Under the pieces are notes generated by a model. That model ran no database searches, had not been told where the DNA came from, and worked only from the letters and a program-made list of their open reading frames with translations. The position numbers were made by a program, and so were the translations under genes. From Paraphysomonas bandaiensis (Eukaryota; Protista; Chrysophyceae), in NCBI GenBank assembly GCA_965644295.1, contig CBFFRP010000217.1, forward strand, positions 62,001 through 126,000: 64,000 nt of DNA, read 5' to 3'. This document shows positions 60,201 to 64,000 of the stretch, one piece after another (position 1 is the stretch's first letter; the number at the start of each line of letters is the position of its first letter).

Positions 60201-63200
60201 GAGGGAGGAATATGAATATGCCAATTGCCTCCTTCTGACTGGTATGGCTACTGAATATGAACATATTCTTTACTCCAACGAACATGATGTTTTTTACAGG
60301 AACTCCACTGCAGAACAACACCGACGAATTATGGACACTCCTAAACTTCGTCGACAAAAAGGCATTTGGTGATAATGAAGAGTTTACTGCCCAGTTCGGT
60401 GATTTAAAAGATTCTGACCAGCTCGACCGGTTGCATCAGCGGCTTGGTCCCTATTTACTGCGGAGAGAGAAAGAGAATGTGGAGAAAAGCGTCCCACCGA
60501 AAGAAGAGGTAATTGTTGAGGTCGAACTCACCGTGCCCCAAAAACAATATTACCGAGCTATTTTCGAGCAAAACAAAAACTTCCTTTTTCGTGGCGCCAA
60601 TAAGGATGGCCCTAGTCTAACTAATCTAGCCATGGAGCTAAGGAAGTGTTGCAATCATCCGTACCTTGTGCGTGGAGCCGAGACCGAGCTGCTGAGACAT
60701 TTTTCATCTGGTAGCGAAACTGCACATATAGACGCGATGGTTCAAAGCTCCGGAAAGCTGGTGCTATTGGATAAATTACTTCCGAAGTTACGTGCTGATG
60801 GGCATAGGGTTCTTGTATTTAGCCAGTTTCGTATCATGCTTGATATCCTGGAGGATTACTTGTCCATGAGAGGGTTTTCCCATGAGCGCATCGACGGTGC
60901 AGTCACTGGTAGGCGCCGACAAGTTGCGATAGATAAGTACTCCGAAGAGGGGAGCAACATCTTTATCATGTTACTCTCTACACGTGCGGGAGGCGTCGGG
61001 ATTAATTTGACTGCTGCAGATACTGTGATCATATTTGACAGCGACTGGAACCCACAGAATGACATCCAAGCGATGGCCAGAGCTCATCGTATTGGTCAAT
61101 CTCGAGCTGTGAAAGTGTACAGACTACTCACTTGTAAGACTTACGAGATGCAGATGTTTAAGGTTGCTTCACTCAAGCTTGGATTGGACTATGCAATCAT
61201 GCACAACATAAAAGGTCACCATGCTGCCATAGGCGAGAAGAAAAAATCATCAGGTCGAGTAGTTATTTGTGTACCTATATCTACGTGGCTTACCTGCAGT
61301 AGGAATGAATCTAAGTACGAAGGAGATAGAGGGGCTACTTCGGCATGGTGCGTACGATATATTTCGTGAGGAAAAAGAGGGTATTGCTGATAAGGAAAGC
61401 ACCAATTTCTGTGAATCCGACATTGATCAGATCCTCCAGCGCTCCACGGTAATCATCCACGATAAGAAAGATTGTAAAGGACCATCTACAAACTTCTCTA
61501 AGGCCTCGTTTGTGGCATCTGGAAGCGATGCTGACGTAGACATCAATGATCCTGACTTTTGGACAAAGGTTGTGGGGCTCACAATGACGGAAGAGATCGA
61601 GCAAAGACCTAAGAAGAGGGCTTGCGCCGAGCGGGTAGGGAATTACGCAGAGACTCAAATATTACACTACGATAGCAGTGCATATTCAGACTCAGACTCA
61701 AGTAACTCCTCCACGCGAAAGCCGAGAGGAAGAAAGCAGCGCACTCGAGCTCTGAAGTTAGATCTTAGCAATTTGCAGGAACCCGATTGGACGGAAAAAA
61801 ACCTGTCGAACCTGCAGGCAGCCCTGCTGACAAGAGGGTACGGCAACTGGGAGAAGGTGAGTTATAGATTTTTGGGCACAGCAGCTTATATTTTTGCAGA
61901 TACGTTTAGATGCAAAACTACCGTATGCTCTACGGGATATTGCTCGAGGGTGCCGTATGATCGTTTTATACATGATCCGGGTGATCTGTCAGGGAGACAC
62001 ACTGAAGTCAATCAACATATTGAAAAACGGAATTGTTGAAACACAAATCGTGGCGCCGGATACTCCAGTGGATGGCCGTGATAACATCAATGAGTTTGTG
62101 CAAGTTTTCAATAATAGCAAGCTGGCGAGGTTAGCTTATTTATCATACTTACTTGACAAGGGGTGGGATGGTGACACGGAATGCGCGACGGCCATTTCTA
62201 TTTTCGGTGGAACTAATTCGGAGAGTGATAGTTTACCGGAATCTGTTATCATGCGGAAAAGTTTTAGCATCAGTGAGCCTATATCTCCGGACTATCAATA
62301 TTGTCCTGGGGCCAGCGCTTCCTGGAATTCCACGAACTTATTGACCCGTGTTTTGCAAGTTATAAAGACTCTTCCATTGCCCGCAGAGTTTTGTGCGTAC
62401 AAGAAGTTTATTGATAAACCTCGTCTTCGAAATTCTATTAAAAAAGGCTTTTTTTCACTTGAAGACCTTTTTGAGGTGTATCACGCATTTAGTCTGAACG
62501 ACTATTCCCCCAGGCCTTCGAACAACTTTCCAGAGATTGGAGATAACACTCATCAGGAAACGCCGACTGAGGGTGACGATGGGTTACATTATCTGCGAAA
62601 AAGCCTTGTCACCTATCTTAAAAAGGGCCTGATAGTGGAAGACTCACCCGCTGAATGGTGGGTTACAGGCGAGGACGACTTGCTCCTCATGCGCGCAGTA
62701 ATGCAGGTGATTGCTTATACTCGAACATCATGTGCATCTGCATTTTGTTGACTATTGATATTCAGGAAGGGATGCCAGATTCGAAGGCTAAGCTTATTGC
62801 TGTGGAAGAGTATATGATGTCTAGCCCGGACGGCCCTATGCAGAGGAAAGTGTCTTCTGAATACCAGGAAGAAACCTTTCTTGTTGGAGGCAGTGGATAC
62901 ACCGGTGTGGAGCGAGATATATCCCCTCTGGACAAATATGAGGTAATGCGGAGGTTGAGAGACATAATCTCTATTCTTCGGTTAGTATGAGTGTTGCTGA
63001 TGACTATAAGATGATAGTTTCGTGCAGTAACGGGTTAGATGCAACCAAGAACAACTGGTTTTACAGCAATTTGGTGAAGAGTCTTGGCCGGTATGGCACT
63101 CCCTGGTCAGGTAACTGCTAGATATATTTATCAAATAGGTATGTCACCCACTCTCAGGAATTGATGATATTATCCGGAAAATAGAAGTAGAGGGATGCAT

Positions 63201-64000
63201 CGCTGACTGGGGAATTCCAGGTCTAGTCACCTGCAATAGATCAGTGGAGGATGAAGCAGCAAAGAATCTTCACCAAAGGAATGGCGGCGCTCTCCGCAAG
63301 GAATATTTACCAAGTTGGAAGGGATTAGCGGATACGCTACAGTGTAAGATCGTTAGGATGTCTATGCTTAAAGAACAAGCAGTGCAAGTTTTCGAAAAAA
63401 GTTCACAGGTAAACTGTCAAACTTGTGAATTAGCAAGATTGTAAATGTTAAATTATAGCAGACCTCTACCACCAAACAACTGGCCACTTTAGCCAGTAAA
63501 ACGAAAACGGTAAATGCACTGCGTCTCTTTCTGTGTTGCCACTCGGATGATAGAGCTGAGGAGCTTTTGCAAGAGAATTTCAAAGGTAACGCGTCGATGC
63601 AATACGTACGATCCTCACATCTTGCTGTGTCTGTAGATCTTTACGACCCCCTGAACTTTGGGATGCTACCCTTATGGTGGAGTCCGAAGCATGACATTCG
63701 GCTTCTTAAGTTGGTGTGCTTACATGGAATGGGTAACTACAAAGCTATGTTGACTGAACAGACTCCAGATCTAGATATTTCCACAGTTCCCCGCGATTTT
63801 GTGGTACCCCCTCGACACCCGAATGAGTACCCACCGGTGCTCCATATCACGCATGGCTTGTTATCACTTCGACTCAGCTCTCTTAGCATGTATATTAGTT
63901 CCCTGTTCATTAAAAAGGTGAATCCCGTATCCTCTGCTGTGTATGAACCTGCTCCTGAAGTCACAGCTACGCCTGTTGTGGTGCGTGCTCCTCCCATCCA
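57244..64000 (+). CDS. Chromodomain-helicase-DNA-binding protein, CHD6-9/kismet-like, 3'-partial, multi-exon
   Basis: Two chromodomains (FLVKWAHASYLHVSWE; IKWENLPYSESTFE); SNF2 motifs LADEMGLG|KT, DE|AHKLKN, TGTPLQN, CCNHPYL, LLSTRAGGVGINL and QAMARAHRIGQ; class-III CHD signature LLRHGAY..FCESDIDQIL..FSKASF..DINDPDFW. Confidence 0.93.

Noticed and set aside
2727-63636. Introner-type (transposon-derived) intron family or non-canonical splice sites
   Set aside because: The introns I parsed are GT-AG and share no recognisable sequence or terminal repeats.

Overview
Gene-dense, intron-containing eukaryotic nuclear DNA. Introns are mostly about 50-60 nt and GT-AG. The protein styles (P-S/T-x-x mucin repeats, REJ/GPS protein, RRxL motifs) suggest a stramenopile such as an ochrophyte, but this is inference only. 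Host genes in order: a 5'-truncated REJ/EGF/GPS multi-TM protein, a 2795-aa type-I membrane mucin built from two nested repeat modules, a VPS9 Rab5-GEF, a coiled-coil protein, a patatin-like phospholipase, a small Cys-rich TM protein, an IQ-repeat protein, glutamine-dependent NAD+ synthetase, a hypothetical protein, a GH79 heparanase-like hydrolase, condensin II kleisin NCAPH2, a TPR-like protein, a xylose-isomerase-like TIM barrel, RPSA, and a 3'-truncated CHD6-9/kismet-type remodeler. Mobile DNA: a full-length Ty1/copia element (19198-26655; near-identical LTRs, AAATG TSD, disrupted pol). Its gag is split by a 2-kb non-autonomous TIR element that carries a tandemly triplicated exon+intron cassette. 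Other signals worth checking: a 175-bp near-identical copy of an NAD synthetase exon segment 4 kb upstream of the gene; a degenerate dispersed repeat (about 5.7-6.2 kb and 45.3-45.5 kb) with an HDV-ribozyme-like layout; a TACAGCAGT motif recurring in head-to-head promoters; and a 185-unit (TATG)n tract. No CRISPR array, rRNA or tRNA gene was recognised. All coordinates and counts were read by eye.
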